Source: Lama guanicoe (taxonomy: Eukaryota). From it: 64,000 nucleotides of DNA. Of the stretch, positions 11,366 to 23,557 are shown one piece after another (position 1 is the stretch's first letter; every line of letters starts with the position of its first letter). The position numbers were made by a program, and so were the translations under genes. Under the pieces are notes generated by a model. That model did no database searches, was not told where the DNA came from, and was given only the letters and a program-made list of their open reading frames with translations. Where the stretch lies: NCBI GenBank assembly GCA_013239625.1, contig MU054220.1:8715367-8779366 (forward strand), written 5' to 3'.

Positions 11366-11899
11366 CCTTCTTGAAAAATTAAGCAGATGCGTCACACAAT
11401 GGATCATGGGTTCTAGGAGCAGACCACTTGTTATTGAACCCATTAAGTAGTTGGGTGAATTTGGGAAAAATCATTTATTTATCTTATAACCTTTAAAAAA
11501 GCTTGTCTCACTACTTTCTAGCATAATTACAGTTGAAATGTGCCAGGCCAGTATGTAACTTTTTATACACATGTAACTTGCTCTTCCTTTCTTCTTTTTA
11601 AAATAATTTGTTGATTATTTTATTCAGTAATATTATTAAATAGTAATTAATTAAATTTTTCTTAAAAATGTTAAATAAAAAGAAAGAAAAACTTTCTTTC
11701 AATTGGCTTTTATACATGTAATATTCTTGCTAATTTGTGAAATGATCCTATTTGCAGTTACTTCTAATAGCATTTTATGTTTTCTTTGCAGATATTAACT
11801 GTTTCCGCAAGAGATATTATTTCCCTTTGTTAAGGAATTTCTCTCATGGTCTTTTTATCTGAAATATTTTCTCATTCTTGTTTCTAATTCATTAGTATT

Positions 11900-12625
11900 T
11901 GTGATGGCTAATTTTGTATGTCAGCTTCCCTGCTACAGGGTACCCTGATGAAACATTATTTCTGGGTGTGTCTGTGAGGGTGTTTCTGAATGGGATGACC
12001 ATTTGAATCAGTGGACTCAGTAAAACAAATTCTGCCCCCCATGTGGGCGGGCATCCTCCAATGTGTTGAGAGTCTGAATAGAACAAAAGGCTGAAGAAGG
12101 AATAATTCACTCCCTTTTCTACTTTGCTGCTTGACCTGGAACATCTCATCTCTTCTCCTGCTCCTAGACTGGGATTTATACCATCAGCTCCCCTGGTACT
12201 CAGGCCTTTGGACTCAGACTGCATGACACCACTGGTTTCTTGGGCCTCCAGCCTGCAGATAGAAGATCAGGGGACTCTCAGCCTCCATAGCTGAGTGAGC
12301 CAGTTCCTCATAACTAATGAACACACGCACACTCAGGTGACCCTTGCATAATGCGGGGGTTAGGGCACCGAGCCTCCACACAGTGGAAAATCCTCATATA
12401 ATTTGTAGACAGTGGTCCATATACACATATCCTCTGTATCCTCCATATCTGTGGTTCTGCGTCTCAACCAACCGTGGATTGTGTAGTACTGTAGCATTTA
12501 CTACTGAAGAAAATCCTCGCATAAGTGGACTAGCACAGTTCAAATCCGTGTTGTTTAAGATTCAACTAAACACACCCACATTCTACTGGGGGCTCTATTT
12601 CTCTGTAGACCCTTCATATAGTACT
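11900..12625 (+). mobile_element. MLT2 (ERVL) LTR, MLT2B-like, interrupted by a Tigger MITE
   Basis: TGTGATGGCTAATTTTGTATGTCAGCTT...CTGGGTGTGTCTGTGAGGGTGTTTCTG...CAGGCCTTTGGACTCAGACTG. Confidence 0.85.
12334..12568 (-). mobile_element. Tigger2a-like non-autonomous TcMar DNA transposon
   Basis: Degenerate TIRs CAGGTGACCCTTG... / ...TAAGATTCAACT; ATAAGTGGACTAGCACAGTTCAAATCCGTGTTG matches the Tigger2 end. Confidence 0.8.
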
Positions 12626-14429
12626 GAGAGCTAGACTGTATTTCTTTAACCCAACAGTTAACTGCTAACCTCTTCACAATGATCTTAGATTTTGATTAGA
12701 AGAGTCTGGCACCAGAGGTGGTGGCAAAGATTTGAGGTGAAAAAGAGAAATACAGAAACAGGCTTTTCCTAGAGTGAAGTTGCTTATATCTCAATATGGT
12801 TTTGTCTAGGTCCTTTTGGGGGTCTATTATTTGTGTAAATCAATTCCTGGCATCCACACTATGAATCTCCCAAATCAATCCAAATTTTGTTTAGACAACT
12901 ACTTTGTTGGGCTCCCTTTGCTCATCTGGCAGAACATGGCTGCCGTCTGTGCTTTAGAACAATATTTCACAGAACTCCTATTCCTGTATGCTTCCCAATC
13001 AGAGTTTGCTAATGAGAGGAGCTTGCTCAAGACTGGAAAGGCAGTTAGAATGATACAGTTTCCATTATTCTCCATAATTCCATTATGTCTCCAGTCAGAC
13101 ACCTGGAAGACATTCCCAGCAACATTCCAGAAAGCCCTTGAGAATCACCCAGTCATGTGGCAGAGTATGATCTGGGAGCTTTGCAGAGATTCTTCAGAAT
13201 TGCACTAAGTCCCAGGCAAACTATTAAAGAACTATTCCCTGTGATGATGCAAGTTAAGATCTTCAGTATCAAATGTTGACTTTTGGAAGCAGCTTCTATG
13301 ACCTTTGTACCCTCAGCTCTTCCAAAGTCATGGTCAGCCCCTTCCTTTAATTTAAACCCTTTATACATGCAGTATAAACAGTGGTTTCTGCTTTCCTGAC
13401 CGAACCCTGATAAATTCAATCACAGCTTTAGTTTGAAGGCAAATACTTAATGTTATTTTCATTGCTTTAGAGACAAGAGATTTTTAATGAATTCTTAATT
13501 GTCTACCCTAATGTCCATTCCATGACTTGTATACACAAACCTGATCTTTCAACTATTTTGACTCTCTACTGGGAAAACACATACAGTTTTTTTTTTTTAA
13601 ATGCTCCTTTCTTTGACCTACATAAGATCTCTGCTTTCTAATTCCTTTGGAAATTTTTTTTTAATGTGATCTTTACACATCTTACATCACCTAGGAAATT
13701 CCTCTTATTTCTCTTCTGTTGATGATGTCCTCCTAAAATTTGTAGCACAATATCTGAAACATATTATTTTTATTCTGACTAGATCATTTCAAGTTAGAAT
13801 ATTTCAATAAGAAGGAGGAGCAATAAGTACTTGTGTTCAGTAAGCCATCTTAAACAAGAAGCCAGTCTTCAAGAGATAATCTTGCTTTATCTCTCAACTA
13901 CTCAGAATATCAAAATACAGAAATGTAATTTAGTCAAATAAAATGAGTGAATTTTTCATGCTATGTTCTTTATTCTGAACACTCAGGATGTATACTGATG
14001 TACTATATACTAGGACAAATCTTCCAATAAAAAAAACTATACAAATTTATTTAATCCTGTGTTTTCAAAACTTATTTGACCAATTTATTTACCAAAGATA
14101 TGGCATCTTGCAATATAGTACACTTCAAAACATGTATCTGTAAATTTGTATAACATGAAGATTGTTTATGAATTGCATCTTTACGTAAAAAGCCTGTATA
14201 TATTGGTGTTGACAGATTTTTCTGCATTATTAGTTTTCTTCATTTTTCATTTTATTAGGTAGAATTGTTACAATTTGACTACATACATACAATCTATTGT
14301 ATGTAAATACATATACACAGTACACTGTACTTTAAAAAAATTTACATATATGTACTGCTCATTGTTTCTAAGAGCATTTAGAGTTTTAGCTTTTTAAACT
14401 TACATAGTTGTCAAAGGAATAAAGCCAAC

Positions 14430-14572
14430 CACAAAATAAGAATTGATTCAAAAAGATACATACACCCCGTTATTAACAGCAACATTATTTATAATTGCTA
14501 AGATATGGAAGCACATATCTAAGCAATAAGTGCACATCAATAGATGAATGGATAAAGAAGATGCAGCATATA
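14430..14572 (+). mobile_element. L1 fragment (ORF2 C-terminal region)
   Basis: AAAAAGATACATACACCCCG...GCAACATTATTTATAATTGCTAAGATATGGAAGC...ATCAATAGATGAATGGATAAAGAAGATG. Confidence 0.8.
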
Positions 14573-15769
14573 GGCATTAGTGGTTTTTAAGAACATTTGG
14601 AACGAACATTGGTGTAACAAGACAATATAGCTGAAGAACAGTCATGGGTATGTAAGTAGCACCTACACATTCTTTCGTATAGTGTATATTTTTATTCCCT
14701 GGTTCTTAAAGAAACTGACATAGTAGAGGGAAAAAAAGTAGATATAGAACGACATGAAAGAATCCTAAAAAAAAACAGAATACTATTAAAACACCACCAT
14801 ATTCTCTGATTCCAGTAATTATTCTTTTATTGTTCTTATTGTTTTTAATTGCTTCTTTTGCTTTAACAATCCCAGGGTACCAGTGCACTTAAATACTAAC
14901 TAAATTATGTAGAACAAACAGCTGCACCAATTAATAAACCATCGGACAAGAACAACAAGGAAATAGCAATAAGATCTCAGTATTTTTAAAAGGTCATACA
15001 GCATCTTCATAGAGTGATCATTTACCAGTGTGACTAATAATGTTAAGTTTTGACATCCATACAAATAAACTATCAACATGTATGCTGGTGAGTTTCCTAT
15101 TAATTGCATTCCTACATTTCACACTAACACTACAAGTTTGCCTATAACTAAGAGTCAGTAATATATCTGTTGTGTATCTGTCCAACATCACCTTCTTAAG
15201 GTGCTGAAACTGGAGAATAATGTCATTTGTCCTTTCATGTGAAGAAAGTACACCTTGTGTATTCCTAGTTCATGACTCTCCCATAATAAACAGCAGTTAC
15301 TGGCTGAAGATTATCTTCTTTTTTTCCTTTCTCTGCAGCAAACAAATTCTTACCATCTCTTTCAGAATTCTATCAGATATGTCCTATATCCCCATTTGCT
15401 CTGTTGCCTAGTTTGTCGATCCATTTCCTCTCAACTGCATGAATTCAGCATCCTCTCCATGGTTCTTCCTGGAGGTCATCTCTCATTATAGTAAGTGTTC
15501 TGTACTGCTAACAGAATTTTTTTCTCCCCCTCCCCCCCAAAAAATTCATAAAAGTATTATTTGACCTAAAAATATTTTCTGGTTTGCATTTGCTTGTAGG
15601 CTGTTTCAAAGTCCTCTGCGAGGCTTATTAGATGCCACATAGCATGACAGTAAATGCATTTCTCTATTCACTTCACAAATATTTTTGAGTTTGTGCTAGA
15701 GCCCAGGGAATGTTATAGGGGGTGGGGATAGAGTCACATACATAAGAGAGAAAATAAACAATCAGGCAC

Positions 15770-16530
15770 TGTGATGGTCTTTTTTTGGGTCAGTCTGGCT
15801 AGGCTATAGTCGCCAGTTATTCAGTCAAACACGAATCTAGGTGGCTATATGAATGTATTTTGCAGATATGATTAAGGTGACACCATTACAAAGCTTAAGT
15901 AAGGGGAATTGTCCTAGATAATCTAGGTGGGCCTGATCCAATCAGTTAAAAGTCCTTAACAATGGAGCTGATGCTTCCCTGATTAACAACTCTGCACATC
16001 TTTCTCTGTCTGACTTGTTTCAGTTAGAATAATGTGCTCAAGTTCCATTCACATGGTTGCAAATAGTAGGATGTTATCCTTTCTCGTGGCTGAATAATAT
16101 TCCACTATGTTTGTGTGTGTGTGTCTGTGTGTAAAATACACATCTTTACCTATTCATCTGTTGATGGGTACTTAGGTTGTTTCTATATCTTGGCTATTGT
16201 GAATAACGGTGCTAATTATTGCTACAATGGCAATCACATTACAATATAAAAATTCAGCAAGTTGATTTGCTGTATATCTTAAATTTACACACGTTTTATG
16301 TCAAGTATAATTCAGTTTTTTTAAAATGGGGAAAGAAAGAAAGCTGCCTATAGATAGCAGTTTTAGCCCTGCCAAAGAGTTTCAAGTGCTTCCTGAATGC
16401 CTACCTTACCAGCAGGAATCCAGACTTGAATTACCAATCCCTCAATAGCAAATTATTTACAATCAGTCTCTTAATACAATACACGTTTCCTACCGGGTCT
16501 GCTTCTGTGGTTTAAATCTCATTGTTAGAG
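15770..16530 (+). mobile_element. MLT2D-like LTR interrupted by an L1
   Basis: GGCTAGGCTATAGTCGCCAGTTATTCAGTCAAACACGAATCTAGGTG...CCTAGATAATCTAGGTGGGCCTGATCCAATCAGTT; resumes at ~16341. Confidence 0.8.
15998..16340. mobile_element. Older L1 3' end with 5' inversion (minus part ~15998-16213, plus part ~16214-16340)
   Basis: GGCTGAATAATATTCCA...GATGGGTACTTAGGTTGTTTCTATATCTTGGCTATTGTGAATAA (antisense), then sense CTTAAATTTACACACGTTTTATGTCAA and an A-rich tail. Confidence 0.75.
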
Positions 16531-16774
16531 GCATATGTTAGAAACCTTAAATAAACACGTAATAAACATGGACGACACAGTGTTTACTGTGCTCGGTGCT
16601 ACCGTGTGAAAGAAACGCAGCAATTCAACGTGATTGACTCTTTTTTTCATTCCTCTTATTCCATGTGTCTTTTAATGATGATGATATCTGAAATGACTAT
16701 ACCTTTAGCTTAACTTTTGCTAAACAAGCTTAGTTCTGATCAACTATACAGAATTTCTCCCCAGCTACACAATG

Positions 16775-17012
16775 ATAGTAATAATAATTGTTGTGCTAGT
16801 AATCCTAGTAGGCTGCTTTAGTGACCAGAAACCAGCATACTCACTGCACAAATACTGTCTCCTTCAGTCCTCATGACAGTGTTATGATGCAGACTTTGCT
16901 ATTTTTTCTTATTTTTCAGGCAAAAACCTGAAGCATAGGGGGGTTCCGTAATTTACCCAATGCCCAACGTCCCCCAAGGCACAGCCAGAGTTTGAACCTG
17001 ACTCTTTAACCA
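16775..17012 (-). mobile_element. MIR SINE
   Basis: TCCTCATGACAG...ATTTTTCAGGCAAAAACCTGAAGCATAG...AATTTACCCAA...CAGAGTTTGAACC. Confidence 0.65.
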
Positions 17013-17149
17013 ACATGAGAATTAGCCTCTTCCTATACTAACTTGCTAGTTTTATTTCAACCCTGACATCTATGGATACTATTTTCCCACGGGACTGAGG
17101 TAAAATAACCTATAATCATTGTATGAAATAACTTATTATATCAAGAACA

Positions 17150-17440
17150 TATCAAGATGCAATCCAAAAAGTACCTCTTCTGTAAAGTCTTTACCAACCA
17201 TCAGCCAGAATCAGTCACCTTTTTTCTCTGAACACGCGTAACACCCTGCAAGTATCCCTATTTCAGCTTGGTACGTTGAAATGGCATGTATGTAAGTACT
17301 TCTCCTGATTAAGCTGTATGTTCCCTAAGGGCAGCTGTTTTGTTTTATTTAACTAAATATCCAGTCCAGTGCCTAGAATAATGCCTGGAGGTGAATAAGT
17401 AATCAATTATTATACAAGTTGCATATGAATTAATTAATTT
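17150..17440 (+). mobile_element. L2 3' end
   Basis: CTGTATGTTCCCTAAGGGCAG...CCAGTGCCTAGAATAATGCCTGG...TGAATTAATTAAT. Confidence 0.7.
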
Positions 17441-17756
17441 AAAATTCTGAACTTCCCATTGGCCTGGTTATGTATGAAGCGCACCATTTTAAAAAAGAAG
17501 AGAAATAAAGATGCCACGTCTGTTTTCACCACCATACATCTCCTAGGGCTTGAGATTCCATGATGTTTATCACAATCCTCCTTCTCCTCCCTACGTTTAA
17601 ACTGTTTTCCTTCGTGTCTTCTAGATTAATGGCCATGAATTTTGATGGGTTTCCTTCAATGTAAGTCTCTTCATGTCTCATAAAATATTCAACATCTAAT
17701 ATCCCAAATGTTGTCACCAAGGACCAAGTAGTTTTCAATATTTCTGACAATAACAC

Positions 17757-18334
17757 TGTGGCAGCACATTTTATTTTCCAACCATGGGCAAACAAATATA
17801 CATTCTGATGCTGGTGCTTGTTTTATAGAATGAGCTTGACATTCTTCAGTGGAGAGGAGGAATCCATGTTCAGTCCCCTGGAATCTCAGTGGAACTTTAT
17901 AACTGTGTTAACTAACAGGATGGAATGGAAGTGAGACTGCATCATTTTGTGATTTCTGAGGCTGGACTACTGAGAGCAATGCTGCTTATGTTCCTCACTC
18001 TATTGCAATGGTTGCCCTGGGAACCAAGCCACCAGCTGGTGAGGAAACCTCTGTCGCACGGTGAGGCCGCATACAGGTGTTCAGGCTGACAGCCCAAGTT
18101 AGACCATCAGGACATCCAAGTATCAAGTGCAAAGCATGAGAGTGAATGGGCCTTTAAGTGAGGGCTGACGTCAGCCTTCAGGTCTTTAGCTGAGGTCACA
18201 GACATCATAGGGCAGAGATAACTTACATTCTGCCTAAAATCCTGATCATAGGAATTCTGAGGGATAATAAAAGATTACTGTTGCTTTAAGCCACTTAATT
18301 TGGGTAATGTATTAAACAAACTGCGATAGAAACA
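17757..18334 (+). mobile_element. MaLR LTR (MLT1F/G-like)
   Basis: TGTGGCAG...TATTTTCCAA...GGGAACCAAGCCACC...GTGAGGAA...TTGCTTTAAGCCACT...ends AACA. Confidence 0.75.
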
Positions 18335-18450
18335 TAGTCAAAAATATATTTTGCATCATAACCCAACACACACACACACACACAGTTACATACACAAAGA
18401 AAGCAAAACTCGCATCACAATACTTTCTTTCACTATGTGTAATGAATACT

Positions 18451-18952
18451 TGTGAATGAAAAATACTGCAAACCCTATCAGTAAACAAAGACTGCTGAAG
18501 CCATCAAGTCATCAGCGGCTGCCTCCACCCCCCAGTAAAGACCAGCCTGCAGCCCAGCCTCTGCAGCCACTCACAATGGTGCCCTCTGAGGGGACTCAGG
18601 ATAAGAAAGAAAGGACAGGATACTGGCCCTAGAAAGCGAGATGCTTGTCAAAGGAATGGATTCAATGAGTCCAAATGTTTGCTTCCTCCCAACCATAGAC
18701 AAGCACTAAATTCTTTAACTTGAGATGCCTGGTTTTCTTTAGTTAACAAGTAATCTTTTGTTGTTCCAACTACCTGGTCTCTGTTGTAAAGCTCCTGTAT
18801 ATCCTAGCTCCTCCCCTACCTCTTGGGAGCAGTCCCTCAGAGCCATCTGAGAGGCTGTCATCCCAGGCTCCAAGGGGTTTGCGTCCTCAGAAATGTCCGC
18901 CAAATGAAACATAACTCTCAACTTTTAGGCTGTGCATTTATTTCAGTCGACA
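18451..18952 (+). mobile_element. Complete ERV1-class solo LTR (MER41-like)
   Basis: TGTGAATGAAAAATACTGC...TTCAGTCGACA; reverse complement of the 5810 copy; flanks share ACT(T). Confidence 0.9.
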
Positions 18953-21264
18953 ACTTTAACAGTGTTATATTGTATGTTATTATATATACTGTATTTTAAT
19001 CTACCGTTATTATTTTGGATACTTATTTCATTGAATACACTGATTTCATGATACAATTCTGAGCCACAACCGGTAGCTTAAAAAATATAGTTTTAATGAA
19101 AAAAAGAATAATTTTCTTTAAGAAAAATTATAAATCAAGTAGTTTCATGAAGGTGAAAAAATGGATACTGTTGCTATAATTCTGTACTTTTCTCAGGAAA
19201 GAAAATGTGTCTGTACTAGGACTATGATCTAAATATTCCTTCAGGAATTTAAAAAAAAAACAAAACCAAAAACAGCTCTAGGTTTATGAACTCCTGGAGT
19301 TTAAAGGCAAGCTTGGGCAGGCTGGCTGTGACCTTTGGATCATCCATTCTAGCTTTGAATAAATTATTTGAAGCAAGCATGAAAAAAATTGCCTTGTCTA
19401 ATTCATTTTTGAGTACAAACTACAGTGCAAAAAATTTTTAAAAGGCTTATAAGGAGATCTATGAGACTTAAGACCTTTTTGCACTCTTAAGATTGACTCT
19501 GTTATTGGTCAGGAACATCACAGCAAAAACATCAGTAAATAGAATCACATCTCCAATAATATTTTCAGTTTAGGGCCATTTATGGCTATTTCTACCAAGT
19601 AGGAAAAGAAAAGCAATTGAAATTTTAATATATGTCTTACTACACTACTGAATAAAAAGCCTTGAAAGAATGGAAGAGAGATTTAAAGAAAAAAAAAGAT
19701 AAGGGGGAAAAAAAAAAGGAGAAAAAGTTACTTGTGTTTTGCAAACCATTGGAGGCTTGAAAAGTTGGAAAAATTCTACTTAAGCCAGAAAGTCATGCAA
19801 GGTCTTCTTACCTTGCCTTAAAAGGAAGCTATTTCAGCATTCTTCTTTTCTTTAAATTGTCAGTGTTTGGTAAAGTGAAAGACAAAGACAATCAACAGTA
19901 AATGTGCTATCTATCTGATGGGTGTTACACAAATGGGAGAAATATTTGCATTGCAAATGAATGACTAATAATCTCATTCCTGACCAGAGCCCTGTTTTCA
20001 TTGCAACATTTTCCTTTAGCTCTTGTAGAGTTCTAGATATTTTTAATACACTAAAGTCCTACCATTAAGATGGTAATCATACACTTCTCAAGATATTTTT
20101 AGATGTGTTAATGAGGAAGGCTGAGATCAGTAAAACAGCAAGAACCATTAAAAATTAGATTTATTTGGCACTATCCATGGTGTTTATTTGGATTTTTCAT
20201 TTCATCAGTTTGGAAAATATATTCTTTAATGTTAATCAGTTTGCTTTGAGGATATCTGCACTTTCCTCCCCCATATAAATGCACGTTCACTTACACTTCT
20301 CTCAACTTACTGCTAGATAAGCTGAGACCCCAGGATTTGGGGTGAATACAAAAACAGTTTGAAATAAGTAAGAATTTGATAATAGAGACACTAGATTGAA
20401 TTAACTGCCTCAGAAAAGCATTGACTTCTTGTCCCTATAAAGATTTAAGATAATCGGTTGAAGTGATGGAGGCCAAAACTTCTGAGTTAAGTTTTAGGAA
20501 AGAAAATAGAGTAAAGAATTTATTACACGAGAAATTATTTAAATACATAAAACAGATACCATCCAAGATAACTCAAGAAAAAAGGGTAAACTTGAGGATC
20601 ATAAAGACATGGAATTGATGGATGACAGGAAGTGACAGAATGAACTAGTGAAATCCCAGGCATCAGGCACCAAGGCAGGTAGAGTTTAATTACCATCTGT
20701 TCCTGTATCCCAGGGATTGTTTTTGTTGGTCCTTCGTTTTTGTTTCTTGAGGGTTGGGGGGTTTAGTTTTCCTGTTTTGTATTGCTGTTTTCCCTCTGAA
20801 TATCAGATTCAGGATAAATTGTTTTTAACTCAGAGTTTTGGCTCAACTATAACTTAGCTTTCTATGTTGCTATGGATTTATTTCAATCCTAAAGCAAAAA
20901 CAAACTCCAAAATAGCAAGAACAAAAAACCCAGTTGTATCTCTTGGTTCAAATATGGAGCTGAGGTGGAAGAAGGGGGACAGAGAGAGACTGAGTTATCC
21001 CTTAGTCAGATGTCCAACTCAGTCCACTCATTAAGGCTTGCAGGGTGCCTCTGTGGGACAGGGTGTCCCCATGTGACCAATATGGCTGCCCAGGCCACCT
21101 TTTCAGCAAAAACTGAAATATATGTAGAGCAGGAACAATAATAGGTATGACTCTGTTATCAAGTGCAGTGGTTAGGACATTTTGCATTTTCCTATCTCCT
21201 GGATTTTCTATATCTCCTTGCAACTCCTTGATTACACATTTTTCTTGTTCTATGAGGATAGGGA

Positions 21265-21500
21265 AGTCATACTGATTGAGTTTCTATGTGCCAATCACTG
21301 TGCAGGTTTCTTTTCACATGGGGTCTCCATTTTCTCATCAAATTCCAGCAGTAACAACTTAGCATTGATGCTAATCATCTCCAAGTAACACTAAATCTCA
21401 AGGAAATTAGGAGAGTTGTTCTAAGACACAGTCCAATGTGTAGGAGGGCTGGTGTTCAAGCCAGGTCTTACCAAATCCAAAATTCAGTCCGCAGGGTCCA
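21265..21500 (-). mobile_element. MIR SINE
   Basis: ATTGAGTTTCTATGTGCCAATCACTGTGC...GGTGTTCAAGCCAGGTCT. Confidence 0.6.
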
Positions 21501-23078
21501 TAATTATCCATGCCAGACATTCTAACTAGACTGTAAACTACTTAAACTCAATAATACTGTCTTCTGTTTCTTGCTGAACACAGTACTGTCTTAGCAGATT
21601 GTAAACTCTTCAAAATAAGTCATACTGCATATTAGCTCTGTTAATATTTATATTAATGACACATAGGTTTAAACAGTATTCCACTTTTGTAATTAAAAAA
21701 AAAAACAACTATGTTGATCCCCAAGGTGACTTCACAGAAGTATTAAAATCATTATACTTTTAGGGCTAAACTATGAGACAAATAATAAAAATAAATAAAT
21801 AAATAAATAAACCACAAACATATAAACTAAAACGACTTCTGATTTCTTAGGCAAATATCTGACCCACAACGAAGGACATTCCTTCTTAGTCTATGACTTT
21901 TTCTCAAGTAAAATAACTACATATTAGGGAAAATCAACCAAAACAAATTCAGGTTGATTTCTTTTTAAAACATATACTATATACAAACGAAAAGTCAAAA
22001 CTCAATCCAAGTTCTGGAGAAAAGTAATTTACTGAGACAAAATCCATTTACTTATATTGATGTATTTAGAAGTTCACTTTTCATAAGGTTAGATGAAGAT
22101 TCAGAGTATAATGCTTATATCTTTTAATTATAATTCTTTCAACGTATTCTTTCTTTACTGTATTTGTCTCAAAAATAAATGTCTCATGGCAAAAACCAAC
22201 CAAAGTGGAAAAAAAATTTTGGTCCAAGGGCAAGTTTCTTTCCTCTTAACCATGTTGCAAACTTTTTTAAAAAAGATAAATATAATTTATGTAATTTTCA
22301 TTAGAAAAGAAGAAAATCATTCTGTTTCTAAATCTACAGATGTATTCTCCAGCACATTAAGAAATGTATCTTCTAATTTCCAAGCACTCATTTCCAATTG
22401 TTCATTAATTTTACCTATTTTACATGGGCACATGCAACTGACAAAAGAGAGATGTATTTGAACCTCAAATTGGCCATTTAAATGTAAGCTATTCCTTCGT
22501 TCAATCTGACTTTAAATTTGTGAATAAAAGTGAAACCAACTCCAGCTGAAATTAATTTAATAACCTTGTGGCATCAGGGAAAATGGGCATGGATTTGTTT
22601 TTGACTGAGATAAATTTTCAAGTTAAGTTTTTCTCTCTGCTTAGCTTTGCAGTTACCCTTAAGGCATTAATCTATTGAAAGGGATAAGATATCATCTTTC
22701 AGAGGAAACATGTCATAAATATTTTGATAAAGTATTTGTAATCCTCAAAAACAGGTGGCTGTTCTATAAAGATTGTCAGCTGAGAAGGCTTTGCTGACAG
22801 AATCGCATTAAACAACTGCAACTGGGTTTTGCGCTGCAAAATCGGATGCTTTCTTCCATTAATCAATCAAAACTGGCTGATTTTTCTGACAGCTGCAACT
22901 TATAAGACCTCATTTTGTACCCTTTGCTCTATTACCGACTAATACCTTAAGTGAAGCAAAATGGGTTCTTGGGGTGAAGGGGGGAGGGGTAGAATAAAAG
23001 ATAAACACGTCAAGAGGAGAAACATGAAGGATGTTGATTTAACCTTATAAATACGTGGGGAAAGGGAAATATTACATC

Positions 23079-23557
23079 TGTGAATGAAAAATACTGCGAA
23101 TCATATCAGTAAACAAGGAATGCTGAAGTCATCAAGTCATCAGCGGCTGCTGCCACCCCCCAGTGAGAACAGGCCTGCAGCCCAGCCTCTGCAGCCACGC
23201 ACAATGGTGCACCCTGAGGGGACTCAGAATAAGAAAGGACAGGATACTGGCCCTAGATAGCGAGGTGCTTGTCAAAGGAATGAATTCAATGAGCCCAAAT
23301 GTTTGCTTCCTCCCATACATAGAAAAGCGCTAAATTCTTTAACTTGAGATGTCTGGTTTTCTTTAGTTAGCAAGTAATCTTTTGTTGTTCCAACTACCTG
23401 GTCCCTGTCGTAAAACTCCTATATACCCTAGCTCCTCCCCTACCTCTTGGGAGCAGTCCCCCAGAGCCATCTGAGGGGCTGTCATCCTGGCTTGAGTCCT
23501 CCCGCCAAATAAAGCATAACTCTCAACTTTTAGGCTGTGCATTTATTTCAGTCGACA
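23079..23557 (+). mobile_element. Complete ERV1-class solo LTR (MER41-like), variant subfamily
   Basis: TGTGAATGAAAAATACTGC...AATAAA...TTCAGTCGACA; flanks CATC / CTAA do not form a TSD. Confidence 0.9.

Larger units (their letters stand above)
17725..19090. mobile_element. hAT-Charlie-type MITE split into three pieces (~17725-17756, 18335-18450, 18953-19090)
   Basis: GTAGTTTTCAA...| AAAATATATTTTGCATCATAACCCAACACAC...CAATACTT...| TGATTTCATGA...CACAACCGGTAGCTTAAAAAATATAG joins into one Charlie-like element with degenerate TIRs. Confidence 0.55.

Noticed and set aside
4031..18921. Three near-identical 60-aa ORFs (MRVMFHLADISED...) as a small gene family
   Set aside because: All are antisense readings of the same LTR family starting at TTG, and two are the same duplicated locus
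18451..23557. Two same-orientation LTRs as the ends of one provirus
   Set aside because: No primer-binding site or gag/pol remnant lies between them, the interval holds MIR/L2 and host-like DNA, the outer flanks do not match, and the LTRs differ by diagnostic indels
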